Source: an uncultured Nitrososphaeraceae archaeon
Lineage (GTDB): Archaea; Thermoproteota; Nitrososphaeria; Nitrososphaerales; Nitrososphaeraceae
Assembly (NCBI GenBank): GCA_963779615.1
Contig: CAVZZA010000003.1
Coordinates: 800,001 to 864,000, forward strand
DNA length: 64,000 nucleotides
Reading direction: 5' to 3'
Part shown: one piece after another, positions 44,137-55,706 of the stretch
How positions within the stretch are numbered: position 1 is the stretch's first letter
How the letters are laid out: the number at the start of each line of letters is the position of its first letter
The notes under the pieces: generated by a model
Databases searched by the model: none
Told to the model about the DNA's origin: nothing
The model's input: only the letters and a program-made list of their open reading frames with translations
Translations under genes and position numbers: made by a program

Positions 44137-44770
44137 ATATTTTTTAAAAATACAAGTCGAATAAGGTAAAAACAACTAGAGAACAACGCACAATAATGAT
44201 GGAAGTTAAAAAGGCCCCGTATGCCAAATACAACCCATAGTTTTTGACAATGTATTCTTTAGTAAATCAAGAAACAACATCAGCATCCCAAAATACTAAT
44301 GGAAGTCAACTGTTTACATATATCCAGTTTTCCGATAGAAAAAAATTGAGGCCCCATATCGCCCGCATTATTAAATGATCTTGTTTTTGCATGGAAAAGA
44401 AACACTGTACAAAAGTTTAATCCTAGAAATCCAAAAATAGGATTCAGGCATTTTAAAAACATGAAACAACCCAAAGTAGTCGGTTTTCAAAAAACGATGG
44501 CACATAACACCGCAAGATTGTAAATCCCAGAAATTAAACCGCCTGATTCCCTTTTCTACATAAAAATGATAAGGCATTGTTGAAAGAATGGTGTAACACA
44601 TCAAGTACTGATTAGAAAATGTTTACAATTCCCTCTTTAATGAAAAAACAAATGAACTATAGCATAAAGTAAGCTGGATAAATCATTTGTAGATCAGACT
44701 GATAAGAAAATAAACTTAACTTAGAAACAAGATTTCATTAAACAAGCATATAGAATAAAAAAAGAGGATA

Positions 44771-45127
44771 TTACATCCTTACTGGTTTTTCACCAGCTAC
44801 TTTCAATATCCAAATGATTCCTAATACCTCAATTACAGTCAATACAGACAGAGCGTATATGCCACTGGGTAATGGATATGCCCAAGGATATATAGTAACA
44901 CCTACGTAAATTCCTCCTGCCGTAGCTACCCAGCACAAGATAAAGCCTAAAACGAAAATACCTCTCATGTTTTCAACTCTACGTCCGATCATACGTTCAA
45001 TTTCATCTCTACTTGATCCTGAAGAACCTGATCCTGAAGAACCTGATCCTGAAGAACCTGATCCTGAAGAACCTCCACCGCTAGTTCCCGATGGTTTATT
45101 AGGACTATATCCTTTTGGTAAAGTCAT
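44771..45127 (-). CDS. amoX: Ammonia monooxygenase subunit X
   Basis: MTLPKG..ERMIGRRVENM plus two TM helices, directly upstream of amoA. Confidence 0.92.
   Translation of the reverse strand: MTLPKGYSPNKPSGTSGGGSSGSGSSGSGSSGSGSSGSSRDEIERMIGRRVENMRGIFVLGFILCWVATAGGIYVGVTIYPWAYPLPSGIYALSVLTVIEVLGIIWILKVAGEKPVRM
45014..45073. repeat. 15-bp x4 tandem repeat in amoX encoding (GSSGS)4
   Basis: TGATCCTGAAGAACC, four perfect copies. Confidence 0.95.
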
Positions 45128-45620
45128 ATTAAGTGTAATTAATACAATACCTTTTTAAATTTTGCTATTCACTTTATCATTATGGATATATTATAAGTTT
45201 TGTTAAAAATTTTTAATTTTACACAAACATTACCTATTAATTCATGCATAAATAAAATAAATAATAATATTGAAATGCATTAGTTTATCAATGATCAAAC
45301 AACAAGTTAGCAATAACCTAATTATAAACAAAAAGAAGTAGTAACACAGAATAGCCATTTTTACTGCAATGTTCCATGCAAACATTTCAAAATATGATGC
45401 ACGTCCAAAAAAAGACATCCAACACGTATGCATAAGCACATAAAGAACAATGGGCAGCATTTGATACCTAAATGGCCATAAACCAAGAAAGGCAAAAGGT
45501 CCCTGAATTAGGGACATTCATTTTCTGCGCGCTTCTGGTTAGGCAAAACAGCCAAGTTAAAAAATTAACCCATGCCCAAATAACAATTAACCCTTTATAT
45601 CCATAAATGATATAAAAATT

Positions 45621-46592
45621 ATGGCTATTTCATTAATTTCATCGGAGAAGGAATCAAAAGGACAAAAAATAAAAATCAATGGACAGGGCAAGATTGTTAA
45701 AGGAAGCACATTAATTAAAAGAGGGTTTGCCCACATGCAGAAACATGGAGTAATAATGGATGTTACAAATGTAGAACAAGCTCAAATAGCTGAGGATGCT
45801 GGTGCGGTTGCAGTAATGGTTTTAGATAAACTGCCTTATGACGTAAGAAAAGCCGGCGGTGTTGCAAGAACTGCTAGCATCAAATCCATCATCGATATAA
45901 TGAATGCAGTATCTATTCCCATAATGGCCAAATGCAGAATAGGCCATGTAACAGAAGCCAGAGTACTAGAGTCTTGCGGAGTTGACATGGTCGACGAGAG
46001 CGAGGTGTTAACTCCAGCCGATGATGAAAATCACATATGGAAATGGGACTTTACTACACCTTTTGTTAATGGAGCTAAAAATTTGGGAGAAGCCTTAAGA
46101 AGAATTGAGGAGGGAGCATCAATGATAAGAACCAAGGGGGAGCCAGGTACAGGCAATGTTGCCGAAGCAGTGAATCATATTAAAAAAATAAATAAAGAAT
46201 TAAGAGAAGTAAGATCAGCATATCAAGATAACGATTATCAAGAATTGGTGAAACTATCAAGAGAGCACAAGGTCTCTATAGAGTTGGTTAAAGAGGTCGG
46301 GAGACTAGGCAGGATCCCCGTTGTAAATTTTGCAGCAGGAGGAATAACAACTCCCGCTGACGCAGCTTTTTTAATGAGCCTAGGATGTGACGGAGTTTTT
46401 GTAGGGTCAGGAATTTTTAAATCTGATGATCCGTCTCAAAGAGCAAGATCCATAGTCATAGCTACTACCCATCACAACAACATTGAAGAAGTAATGGAAG
46501 CACAAAAACTGGTAGACGAAAAGAAATCACTATTGGGCCTAGATACAAAAAATTTAGAACTAAAGATGCAAGAAAGAGGTCCCTCTTTTTGA
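45621..46592 (+). CDS. pdxS: Pyridoxal 5'-phosphate synthase lyase subunit
   Basis: [51 protein letters not shown]. Confidence 0.98.
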   Translation: MAISLISSEKESKGQKIKINGQGKIVKGSTLIKRGFAHMQKHGVIMDVTNVEQAQIAEDAGAVAVMVLDKLPYDVRKAGGVARTASIKSIIDIMNAVSIPIMAKCRIGHVTEARVLESCGVDMVDESEVLTPADDENHIWKWDFTTPFVNGAKNLGEALRRIEEGASMIRTKGEPGTGNVAEAVNHIKKINKELREVRSAYQDNDYQELVKLSREHKVSIELVKEVGRLGRIPVVNFAAGGITTPADAAFLMSLGCDGVFVGSGIFKSDDPSQRARSIVIATTHHNNIEEVMEAQKLVDEKKSLLGLDTKNLELKMQERGPSF

Positions 46593-47218
46593 CTGACAAC
46601 ATAAAGATAGGTGTTTTAAGCATTCAAGGAGATATTGAAGAAAACGTCCAGGCATGTAAAGAGGCTTTGAATGAAACAGGAATTACAGGAGAAGTCATCG
46701 AAGTGAAAAACTATGAGGAAATACTGGATGTTGATGGTTTAATTATTCCCGGCGGAGAAAGCACAGTAATTAGTACAATGATGTCACTAAATCAATCCAA
46801 TTGGGAAAAACTAAAGCAAAAAATTAGTGAAGGTTTACCAGTTTTAGGCACATGTGCAGGGATGATAATATTAGCAAAAAGAGTCCTTGATAAAACAATT
46901 GGCGAAACGCAACAAAAATTACTAAAAAGTTTAGATGTAACAATAGAAAGAAATGCATTTGGCAGACAGCATGAGTCATTTGAAACTGATTTAAACATAC
47001 CAATCATTGGAGAAAGACCATTTAAAGCTGTATTCATCAGAGGGCCAATTGTTAAAGAAACTGGCAAGGATGTGCAAATTCTATCAAAATATAATGACAA
47101 AATTGTGGCAGTTCAGCAAAACAACATCATCGGAACATCTTTTCATCCAGAGTTGGCAGAAGACAATAGGTTTTATTCCCATTTTATTAGAACGATTTTG
47201 AAAAATAAGAAATCATAA
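46589..47218 (+). CDS. pdxT: PLP synthase glutaminase subunit
   Basis: PGGEST, GTCAG, RNAFGRQ, FIRGP, SFHPE. Confidence 0.98.
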   Translation: MTDNIKIGVLSIQGDIEENVQACKEALNETGITGEVIEVKNYEEILDVDGLIIPGGESTVISTMMSLNQSNWEKLKQKISEGLPVLGTCAGMIILAKRVLDKTIGETQQKLLKSLDVTIERNAFGRQHESFETDLNIPIIGERPFKAVFIRGPIVKETGKDVQILSKYNDKIVAVQQNNIIGTSFHPELAEDNRFYSHFIRTILKNKKS

Positions 47219-48030
47219 GATATAGATTACTATAACCTCATGTATAAAGATTAAAAACAATTCATTAACAGATTGAAGACGGTAAAGATTATTTTTAACC
47301 CTATTTGCAATCTTCAGCCCATGGTCCACAAATCAGTCTAATCGAATTAGATGTTACTTAAAGACACTTGCAATTTTAATATCCATATGGGTTTAATTGC
47401 TCTGCAAGGTTAAGACAATTTTTCCCATACAGTATACAAGAGAAAGGTTAGGCAAATAATTAATTATTTTTCTTCCGTTCCAATTCAATAAAGCAAACAT
47501 TTATGAATTTATTTGGAGAGGCCACCAACCCAAAAAATTAAAAATTTCTAATGGATCTTTCTTTGCTGAGCGATTGTATCCCCACATCATATTTAGATGG
47601 CATTGTTTTCTACCTCAATTGCATTAACTTACTATCATTCATCGTTTCGCCTCACAGTAACAAATCATAACTTTTTCTGACAATAATCCCTAATCCCTGA
47701 CATAATTTGGTTTGAAATAGCATCATGAATTTATTTCATCCATATTAACAATATACTTAAATAATCACAATATCCATATCGGAGTTGCATCAAGAATACC
47801 ATTGGGTTAGCCAATAAACTTGTTTATGGGTTTTTTGCTTTTGCGCATATTATCATAAAAGCAGAGCCTGCTAACTTGATATCTTTAACCCCATAAAAAA
47901 TCTCAGCATGTGGCTCGCGGTATTTAATATGTGAATTATTTTACGATAAAAAATGGCGGCAGATATTGTCCGGGCAATGACATGCAAAATCTGACAGACC
48001 ATACCATCAATTATAAATCATGTTCAATAG

Positions 48031-48147
48031 TGCGGGAGGTGGGATTTGAACCCACGAACCCCTGAGAGACGGGATCCCTTATGGAGATCTTAAGTCCCGC
48101 GTCTCCAAAATTATTTAATTAATTTGGCCAGGCTCTACAACCCCCGC
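48031..48147 (-). tRNA. tRNA-Leu(UAA) with two introns (48103-48121 in the D arm; 48076-48088 at 37/38)
   Basis: Spliced: GCGGGGGTTGTAGAGCCTGGCCAAAT|ACGCGGGACTTAAG|ATCCCGTCTCTCAGGGGTTCGTGGGTTCAAATCCCACCTCCCGCA. Both junctions form bulge-helix-bulge motifs. Confidence 0.93.
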
Positions 48148-49198
48148 TCTTTTTTAATTTTATTTCTGCTGGACTAATATATATAGTATAAAAGTTAAAG
48201 ACAATCCAATAAAATATATCTATAGGTTTAGCAAAAATATGATAATGCGATCTTGAAACAACTCTAAAAATGGACAATAAAGATATTGAAGGTTAATGAA
48301 CATTATGAAATGGATATACACTTACAACGAAAATTATTTTGATAGGTATAACATTAATATCAAATATACAGTCTTCGGATTTTCCATATAGATAGTCTAA
48401 TTATAACAGCACAAGCAAAACAAAAGAATTAACTTTTTTTATAAAACAATAATTGATGAAAGCATTATTGATAAAGGAATCAAAGTATGAAATCATCATT
48501 ATCAAATGCAACAAACCAAAATGGCAAAAAACAGAATGACGCCTTACACTTCATTTCTGTCATTTGTTCGGAAACTCTACCTATTACCAGTACATTAGAA
48601 ATGCCCAAAAAAATCAAAATAGTCCAGAAAAAGCAACATATGAATAGTTTGTTTGAAAAATAAGTTTAAATCGATCAAAGGAAGCAAATTTAACAGAGCA
48701 GGCCAAATACACAATAAAGATTGCATCTTATGGATCCATAACAGATTTTCTGCCAGAAATTAATGCCCTATGAAATGAAATAAAATATGAACTAATCCAT
48801 CACAACAACCTTTTTTATCGTGACAGATGCAGGATTTAGGGGGATTAATTCTCTATAAATCCACTAGATTAACTGGGGTATTCTGCATTTTCATAAAAAT
48901 ATGAGTTTTGGCCAATTCATTATTAAACTGTTTTACCATAATAGGTTCAGTTAAGCAATCACATATCAAGAAAGATATTATTTTAAGAACCTGTATGCAT
49001 TGCATGTCCAATTTGATACATTCATATCAATCACACATTAAATGGGAACATCAGAATAATTCGCCTTAGCTGAGGAATTAAAGACATTTGAAAGATTTTG
49101 AGTTATTGTTTTATTTACAACATCTAAACTAACAAAAGGATTTGAAAGAAAAGAAGGCGAATTGGTGCCATTTGATGATATGGAGTTTTGTGATGTTC

Positions 49199-49537
49199 CT
49201 ATAGATCTATGTATACCATTGTGGGTGATTGAATAGAATCATCACACTTATTGTAGAAATCGCAAAATCCTTTGAATTTATATATTGAGATATTATACCT
49301 GTTATTATATACATGTGTATCAAAGTGAGGACCAACAAATGCGGTTTGGCCATCAATTATACCATAGGAGTTAGTGGAACATTTAGTTATCTGAATGGCA
49401 TTTTGCGTTGCTTCAGGTAAATTAGGGGTTTCAGAAAACGCTAATGGAATATTTACAATCGGCATTATAAGTGAGGTAATGACTATGGCATAATATTTAT
49501 TCAGCATAATTGGAAAAAAATTTTCACTTCCTATCAA
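49199..49537 (-). CDS. Secreted hypothetical protein, probably frameshifted and continuing to ~48975
   Basis: Signal-like N-terminus (..IPLAFSE). An Asn/Ser-rich frame continues after the stop. Confidence 0.45.
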   Translation of the reverse strand: MIGSENFFPIMLNKYYAIVITSLIMPIVNIPLAFSETPNLPEATQNAIQITKCSTNSYGIIDGQTAFVGPHFDTHVYNNRYNISIYKFKGFCDFYNKCDDSIQSPTMVYIDL

Positions 49538-49725
49538 ATATTAGCATGGAAAAATGTAAAAAAGATTTAGAAAAAAGTAAAATGTAAAATCATATTTTAC
49601 CAATAACAAGCATATCACATGTACATTTAAAAAAAAATAAACAATGACTAACACAGTAGTATAAAATTACTCATGGTTTAGATCTACAACTACATTTACA
49701 GATTGGAATGAAGACTTTGAAAAAT

Positions 49726-49803
49726 AGATCTCCTGCGTGGTAGGCACCATTAAAGATTCTAAAAAAATTGTTGTTTGCCAATTGCGATACGCAGTTTTAA
49801 AAA
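49726..49803. mobile_element. Orphan IS-end fragment (copy 1)
   Basis: Starts AGATCTCCTGCGT, like the IR at 58284. About 78 bp similar to 55629-55706, with TGTTTGCCAATTGCGATACGCAGTTTTAAAAA identical. Confidence 0.6.
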
Positions 49804-49912
49804 GTTGACAATATTTGGAAAAATGCTAATGTGTAGGTGTACAATTAGAAAAAAGAACCAAAAAACCAAAAAAATTTTTAATCATACGATCAAAAAAAAA
49901 GATAAAAGAAAT

Positions 49913-50417
49913 CTATCCAGAGCCTATTTGATTAACAGGTAAACCTATAACTTTATCGCCTGAGGATGATTTAAGATATTCTTGCAACTTCAACAGATTT
50001 TCTGTTACGCCAGTCCCATTACCGTCTTCATTTGCTTGAACAGCGCCATTTGACCATTGTAAGATGCTCTCAAGTTTCAGATTTCCACCAGAACTTTGTG
50101 AAGATGTTTGATTATTTTGTGGTGGAGATGTTGCTTTGGTGGTGGAGATGTTTGATTATTTTGTGGTGGAGATGTTGTTTGGGTGGTGGAGATGTTTGAT
50201 TATTTTGTGGTGGAGATGTTGATTATTTGGTGGTGGAGATGTTGTTTGTGGTGATGTGATTGTCGGTTGTTGCAGGTGCTGTCTGGTTGGTTGTTTGGTT
50301 GCCTAAAGGTTGAATTGTTTGACTCTCTTGACCATAAACACTAAAGCTTAAGGACCCGAAAACCAAACTTGCTGCTAAAACTATTGGAATAGCTAACAAT
50401 AAAGATATTTTTTGCAT
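49913..50417 (-). CDS. Secreted protein with TSPPQNNQ repeats and short helical C-domain (frameshifted within repeats)
   Basis: Signal peptide (..SVYGQ), NQT-rich repeats 50100-50250, C-domain ESILQWSNGAVQANEDGNGTGVTENLLKLQEYLKSSSGDKVIGLP. Confidence 0.7.
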
Positions 50418-50950
50418 GTTGTATTTATTAAATACCTTCTTTAATATATTTTTGTTTCCATAAATAATAATAATAAATACAGAATTATGTTATAGTAAAA
50501 AGTAATATATTCTTATATGAGCAGGATAGACGATAAACTAATTATTAGATATCAACAATAAGCACCTATTTTAGGTCCTGCAAAACTTAAGAAAGAATTC
50601 TTTTTTGAATATCAATTAACGAAATTAATAAAAATAAGGTTAATTATCTTGTTGGATTTAATCTCAATAAAAAAAAATTATCATACCATCTAGAAAAACC
50701 AACACACTAACTAGAAAACAGATGTAAATAAAATAAATTTACAGATTGCATCAATCGTTTCTGGATTAAGCAAGTCACAAGTTTACAAGGGTCAAAAGAG
50801 CTTTGAAAACACTACGGGCATAAAATGGATTCATTATTTGAGTTCATTTAATCAGAAATAGAAGAATTTAATCTTTAGGAACTAGAAATACAAATGTTCT
50901 GTTTGAAAAGGTAAGATGGTATTAGATATGGTTTAAAAAAAAAGAGGATT

Positions 50951-51492
50951 TTAGCCGGAGCTAGAATCAGATGAGTCAGAGCTAGAATCAGATGAGTCAG
51001 AGCCAGAGCCAGAGCTAGAATCAGAGCCAGAGCCAGAGCCAGAATCAGATGAGCCAGAGCCAGAGCTAGAATCAGATGAGTCAGAGCCAGAGCTAGAATC
51101 AGATGATGGGATACTACAATTTGCTTACCTGTTGCTTGGGACAAGTTTTGTTGCATTTGACTAAGGAGTGTTTCTGCCCCAGTAGCATTATCATCGTTCA
51201 AAGCAGATATAGCCTGACCTGTCATATTGAATAATTTTTCATTCAAGTTTCCGCCTGTTTGGTTTCCCATTGCACTAGTTTGGTTTCCCATTGCACTAGT
51301 TTGGTTTCCCATTGCACTAGTTTGGTTTGCTGCTGCACTAGTTTGGTTTGCTGCTGCACTAGTTTGGTTTGCTGCTGCACTAGTTTGGTTTGCTATTTGA
51401 CCGAATGTGTTTACGTTTGCAAGACCTGTTGCTAACAATAATGTAGTAGCCAATAATATTGGTACAGATAAAATGAATAAATTTTTCATCAT
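50951..51492 (-). CDS. Secreted protein with NQTSAAA/NQTSAMG repeats, helical domain and Ser/Asp/Gly tail (one frameshift ~51110)
   Basis: Signal peptide (..NTFGQ), 21-bp repeats, domain AISALNDDNATGAETLLSQMQQNLSQATGKQIVV. Alternative frame IPSSDSSSGSDSSD..SSSG* ends at 50951. Confidence 0.75.
51257..51394. repeat. 21-bp coding tandem repeat x ~6.5
   Basis: GTTTGGTTTCCCATTGCACTA x3, then GTTTGGTTTGCTGCTGCACTA x3, plus a partial unit. Confidence 0.95.
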
Positions 51493-51723
51493 AATACCTA
51501 TGTAAACAAGACTATTATATGTTTATAGGTCATTTTATACTAATCAAAACATAAATTATTCATGCATATCAATACAATGTTTAAAAATTCCTTAGAGGTT
51601 TGATTCGGTGTTTATAGAGGATTTACAAAGATCCTACTTATTTTGCAAGGTCACCATTCTCAATCGCTCAGCTTTACTCCATCATCCGTATTACGAGCCC
51701 TTCAAATGTTCTGTTTCAAAAAA

Positions 51724-51798
51724 AGCCTTGGGTGGGATTTGGACCCACGACCTTTGCCTTACCAAGGCAACGCTCTAGCCAGGCTGAGCTACCAAGGC
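51724..51798 (-). tRNA. tRNA-Thr(GGU)
   Basis: GCCTTGG acceptor, GCTC/GAGC D stem, TTGCC-TTGGTAA-GGCAA anticodon arm, GTGGG-TCCAAAT-CCCAC T arm. Confidence 0.95.
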
Positions 51799-52256
51799 AT
51801 TTTATTATAAAAAAAATTAATAGCTAATTTAACCATTTCCATTAAACATATAAAATATAACAGGTGTAAACTAAAGTTATTCTTTTGCTGGATGGGCACA
51901 GTATTCCGGTTTAAAAGTCGATCAAGTTTCTCCAACTCAAAGTTTGGAAGGCAGTTTCTTTAAAAGGTTTAATCACGGCTCTTATGAAAAACCACGGCCA
52001 CACCCTCGTTTACCGCCGCCCTTGAATATGGAAAATTGTGTGGTCCAATTGGAAAAAACACCTCACTTTTTTAACAATTTCAGTTGTTTCGGATGGAATT
52101 TTTACTAGCATGTGAAGAACATAGGGGTTTTCAGATTGACTCCAATACATGTAGATCCATATTTAATCTTTTTACCATGTTATTATATATGCTTTAAAAT
52201 TGATCAATCAGATATTATGTGAATCAGTTCATTTATTGAGAACATTATTATTGATT

Positions 52257-52716
52257 TTAGTTAAAAACATCATTCATCTCCAAAATCTTTTTCAGAGATC
52301 TATGTCTATTGTAATCATCTAACAGTATTTTTGACAAATGTTTAGTTATATCAGTTACACTAATTACCCCCATGATTCTATTATCGGCTTCAAGCACAGG
52401 AAGCCTTTTTATCTTGTTTGAAAGCATCACCCTTGATGCGGTATCAACCGAATCATAAGCCATGATTGTTATTAATGGGGAAGACATAATATCTTCCACT
52501 AAAACATCACTCGCATTCAAGTTAGTCAAACACACCCTCTCCACCAAATCTCTTTCCGTAACAATTCCCAATGGTCGGTTTTCTTTATCTATAACAATAA
52601 CAGAACTTATCCGTTTTTCAGTTATAATTGATGCAACGTCTTTTGCATTTCTATTTGAAAACGCTGTAATAGTAAATGGTTCTCTGGAAAGACATTATTT
52701 CGCTTACACTACTCAT
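52257..52716 (-). CDS. CBS-domain protein (frameshift near 52690)
   Basis: MSSVSEIM / REPFTI..ISSVIV..LGIVTERD..IMSSP..IKRLPV..GVISVTD. Confidence 0.88.
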
Positions 52717-52931
52717 TAATATTTTAACTAACTGTAATTTGTACAACACATATAAAAATATATAAACAGAAAAAACTTAACTGATAAAACAAAATCAACT
52801 ATAATCACAATTCATATACAATTATTTACAATTCCAATAGAAACATAACAACAAATAAAGAAATAAAGTTATTTCAAATCACAGTTTCCAATAAGCAGGC
52901 AAACATAATTTACAACACAGTAATTTGCAAT

Positions 52932-53004
52932 TCAGCGTGTATGTCTGCTTTCACATATGAGCCGCCCTAGCCTAAGCATATTCGGTAAGATCCTATTCAT
53001 CGTC
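52932..53004 (-). ncRNA. Candidate C/D box sRNA
   Basis: Minus strand ACGATGA (C) -11 nt- CCGA (D') -stem- ATGTGA (C') -15 nt- CTGA (D). GC-richer than flanks, with a TATA-like sequence about 30 bp upstream. Confidence 0.35.
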
Positions 53005-53304
53005 ACGATAATAAACAAAGAAATGCTATCAACTTTATTTAATATGTTAAATCCTTTTCACATATTTATGGTCGTAATGAAGGCACCATTATAAAGGGGA
53101 TACAAGAAAATAGGAAAATAGGAAAACGGACAACAAACAGATGCAAAATGACGCGTTTTTCTTCTTTTAAAATACCAGATGAAATTAAGAAATAACACAT
53201 TGTGATGATACGCATTACTTTGAACAACCCTGTGCAATACACAAAGCCGGCTAACAATTAAGATGTACATAAAAAATAAAATCGATAAGTTTTAACTGTA
53301 ATTA

Positions 53305-55056
53305 ATGTATTTTTCAGAGCTTGCTGAAATTTTTGAAAAGATGGAAAAAACAACCAGCAGATTAGAACTTACCAATCATCTTGTTCACATATTAAAAGAA
53401 CTCCTCAGAAATAATTGATAAAATAGTTTATTTAATTCAAGGCAAATTAGGACCAGACTATCAATCTAAAGAGTTAGGAGTGGCAGAAAAAGTTGCAATA
53501 AAATCATTAGCATTAGCAAGCGGTTATTCTGTTAATGACATTCAGACGAAATACAATAAAATTGGAGACATAGGGGATGTTGCTTATGAAATATTAAAAT
53601 ATAAATTACAAAGACATTACTTATACGAAAAATTAACAATCGAAAGAGTATATGACACATTAATAAAAATATCAAATTAACAGGGTCTGGTTCAGTAGAT
53701 CACAAGTTAAAGTACATAAACAGCTTGTTGAATAATTCTACCAACTTAGAAAGCAAATTCATTTTAAAACTAATACTTGGAAATTTAAGACTCGGAATAG
53801 CAGACTTCACAATTTTGACGCAATAGCCATATCATTTACAGGAGATAAAAAAAACAGAAAAGTGCTGGAAAGAGCATACAATGTCTCCAGTGATTTAGGA
53901 AAAATTGCAAGAATATTGTTTAATGGCTCATTGGATGAAGTTCAATCTATCCCAATTTCTTTATTTGTTCCAGTCCGTCCAATGCTTGCTGAAAGAGCAT
54001 CTGATGCAGATGGAGGCATTAAAAAAAATGAGTGGAAAAATGTGCTATGCGGAATATAAAATAGATGGAGAGAGAATTCAAATCCACAAACACAACAATA
54101 GGATAGAGATGTATACAAGAAACCTAGAAAACGTCACAAACAATTTTTCAGATATAGTTGATGAATTTAAGAAAATAAATACCAAAGATTTATCGCAGAG
54201 GGAGAAATTGTTTCTATTGATTTAATGACAAGAAGATTTCTTCCCTTTCAAAGTTTAATGCATAGAAGAAGAAAATACAAAATAGAGGACGCAATCAAAG
54301 ATTATCCTGTAATTCTAAACCTATTTGATATATTGTTTTACGATAACCAAGATAAAACAAATTTACCTTTTTCAAAGGAGAAAAATTTTGGAAGAAATTT
54401 TTTGGGTTTTAAAAATAACAAGATCAAGTTGATCAGTCAGACAAGAGTTACAGAAATAGAAGAAATAGACAGGTTTATGGCAGAAGCAATTGAAAACGGC
54501 TGCGAGGGATTGATGATTAAAAACCCTGAAAGTCATTACCGTGCCGGAGCAAGAGAATGGGCATGGATAAAATTGAAGAAAGAATATTCAAACAAACTTT
54601 TAGATACAATTGATTTGGCAATAGTAGGCGCCCTATATGGAAAAGGGAGAAGAGTTGGAAAATATGGAGCTTTGTTATTGGCGGCATATGAGCCCAGATG
54701 AAGACATTTTTTTTACAATATGCAAGGTAGGAACAGGATTTACTGACGAAATACTTGAAGAAATTACAAAGAAATTAAAACAGCATGTAATAAAAAACAG
54801 GCATCCGCGAGTAAATCCAGGTGCAATTAAAATGGATGCATGGTTTGAGCCAAAAACAGTTATAGAGATATATTCACCTGAAATAACCCTAAGCCCAATG
54901 TATACAACATCTATCAACAAAATAAAAAGAGGGTATGGATTAGCGCTACGATTCCCCAAATTTACAGGTAAAATAAGGGAAGACAAAAATGCAGAGGACT
55001 CAACAACAGTAAAGGAAATTGAAAACATATACAAAAAACAGTTAAAATCAATTTAG
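53305..55056 (+). CDS. lig: ATP-dependent DNA ligase (at least seven frame disruptions)
   Basis: MYFSELAEIFEKME..SRLELT, LRLGIA, PMLAER, EYKIDGERIQIH, EGLMIK, WIKLKKEY, KVGTGF, LRFP. Confidence 0.93.
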
Positions 55057-55628
55057 TAATTGCAGACATCAAAAAAAACATACTCTCAATAGTTTTATAA
55101 TATTATGAAATGTTCTTTTTTTCAGAATATGGAAATTTACCGATTCAAATAGACGTTAGCCACTTTTTGACAGATCAAAACCTATCGATGTATTAATTGA
55201 CCAGAACACAATTTTTTACAGGCTCGAATCATCACTATAAGATAAAAAGCGGAATAAGATGAAATGATAAACATGACCACAATGCTCACAAAATATTTTA
55301 AATTGTAATTAATAACAATAACAACATATTTAACAAGCCATTGTAAAGACATCTTTATTTCTAAAAACAGAAAAATACCAAAATAGGTGATTAATCAATA
55401 AATTTTTTTTGCATAATTGGAATAAAAACAGATTCAAGACTGCTTTGTTGCATGATTCAATCAGTTAAAACTATGCCACCCTATTAGCAATTCCCATTAA
55501 ATTATGACTATTTACTCTGGATAATAACCAAAACGCTGACAAAAAACGATTTACAATCATGCAACAAAGCACTTTAAGACTGTTAGTCCACATTTACACT
55601 CCCTTCCATTGCCTTCACGTCGCAGATT

Positions 55629-55706
55629 AAATCTCTTGCATAATCAGCACCATTAATATTTTGAAAAAAATTGCTGTTTGCCAATTGCGATACGCAGTTT
55701 TAAAAA
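55629..55706. mobile_element. Orphan IS-end fragment (copy 2)
   Basis: Starts AAATCTCTTGCATAAT, 15/16 identical to the IR at 58284. Similar to 49726-49803. Confidence 0.6.

Noticed and set aside
44100-44770. Hidden amoC/amoY/amoZ or other gene between amoA and amoX
   Set aside because: The short ORFs there show no AMO-subunit features or credible starts.
50875-51110. Hydrophobic HLILALAL repeat tail as a membrane anchor
   Set aside because: More plausibly the shifted frame of a Ser/Asp/Gly repeat. The paralog's VIGLP end matches VV-IP in the other frame.
51850-52180. Possible small gene between tRNA-Thr and the CBS gene
   Set aside because: The frames I translated on both strands gave only stop-interrupted or start-less unrecognisable peptides.
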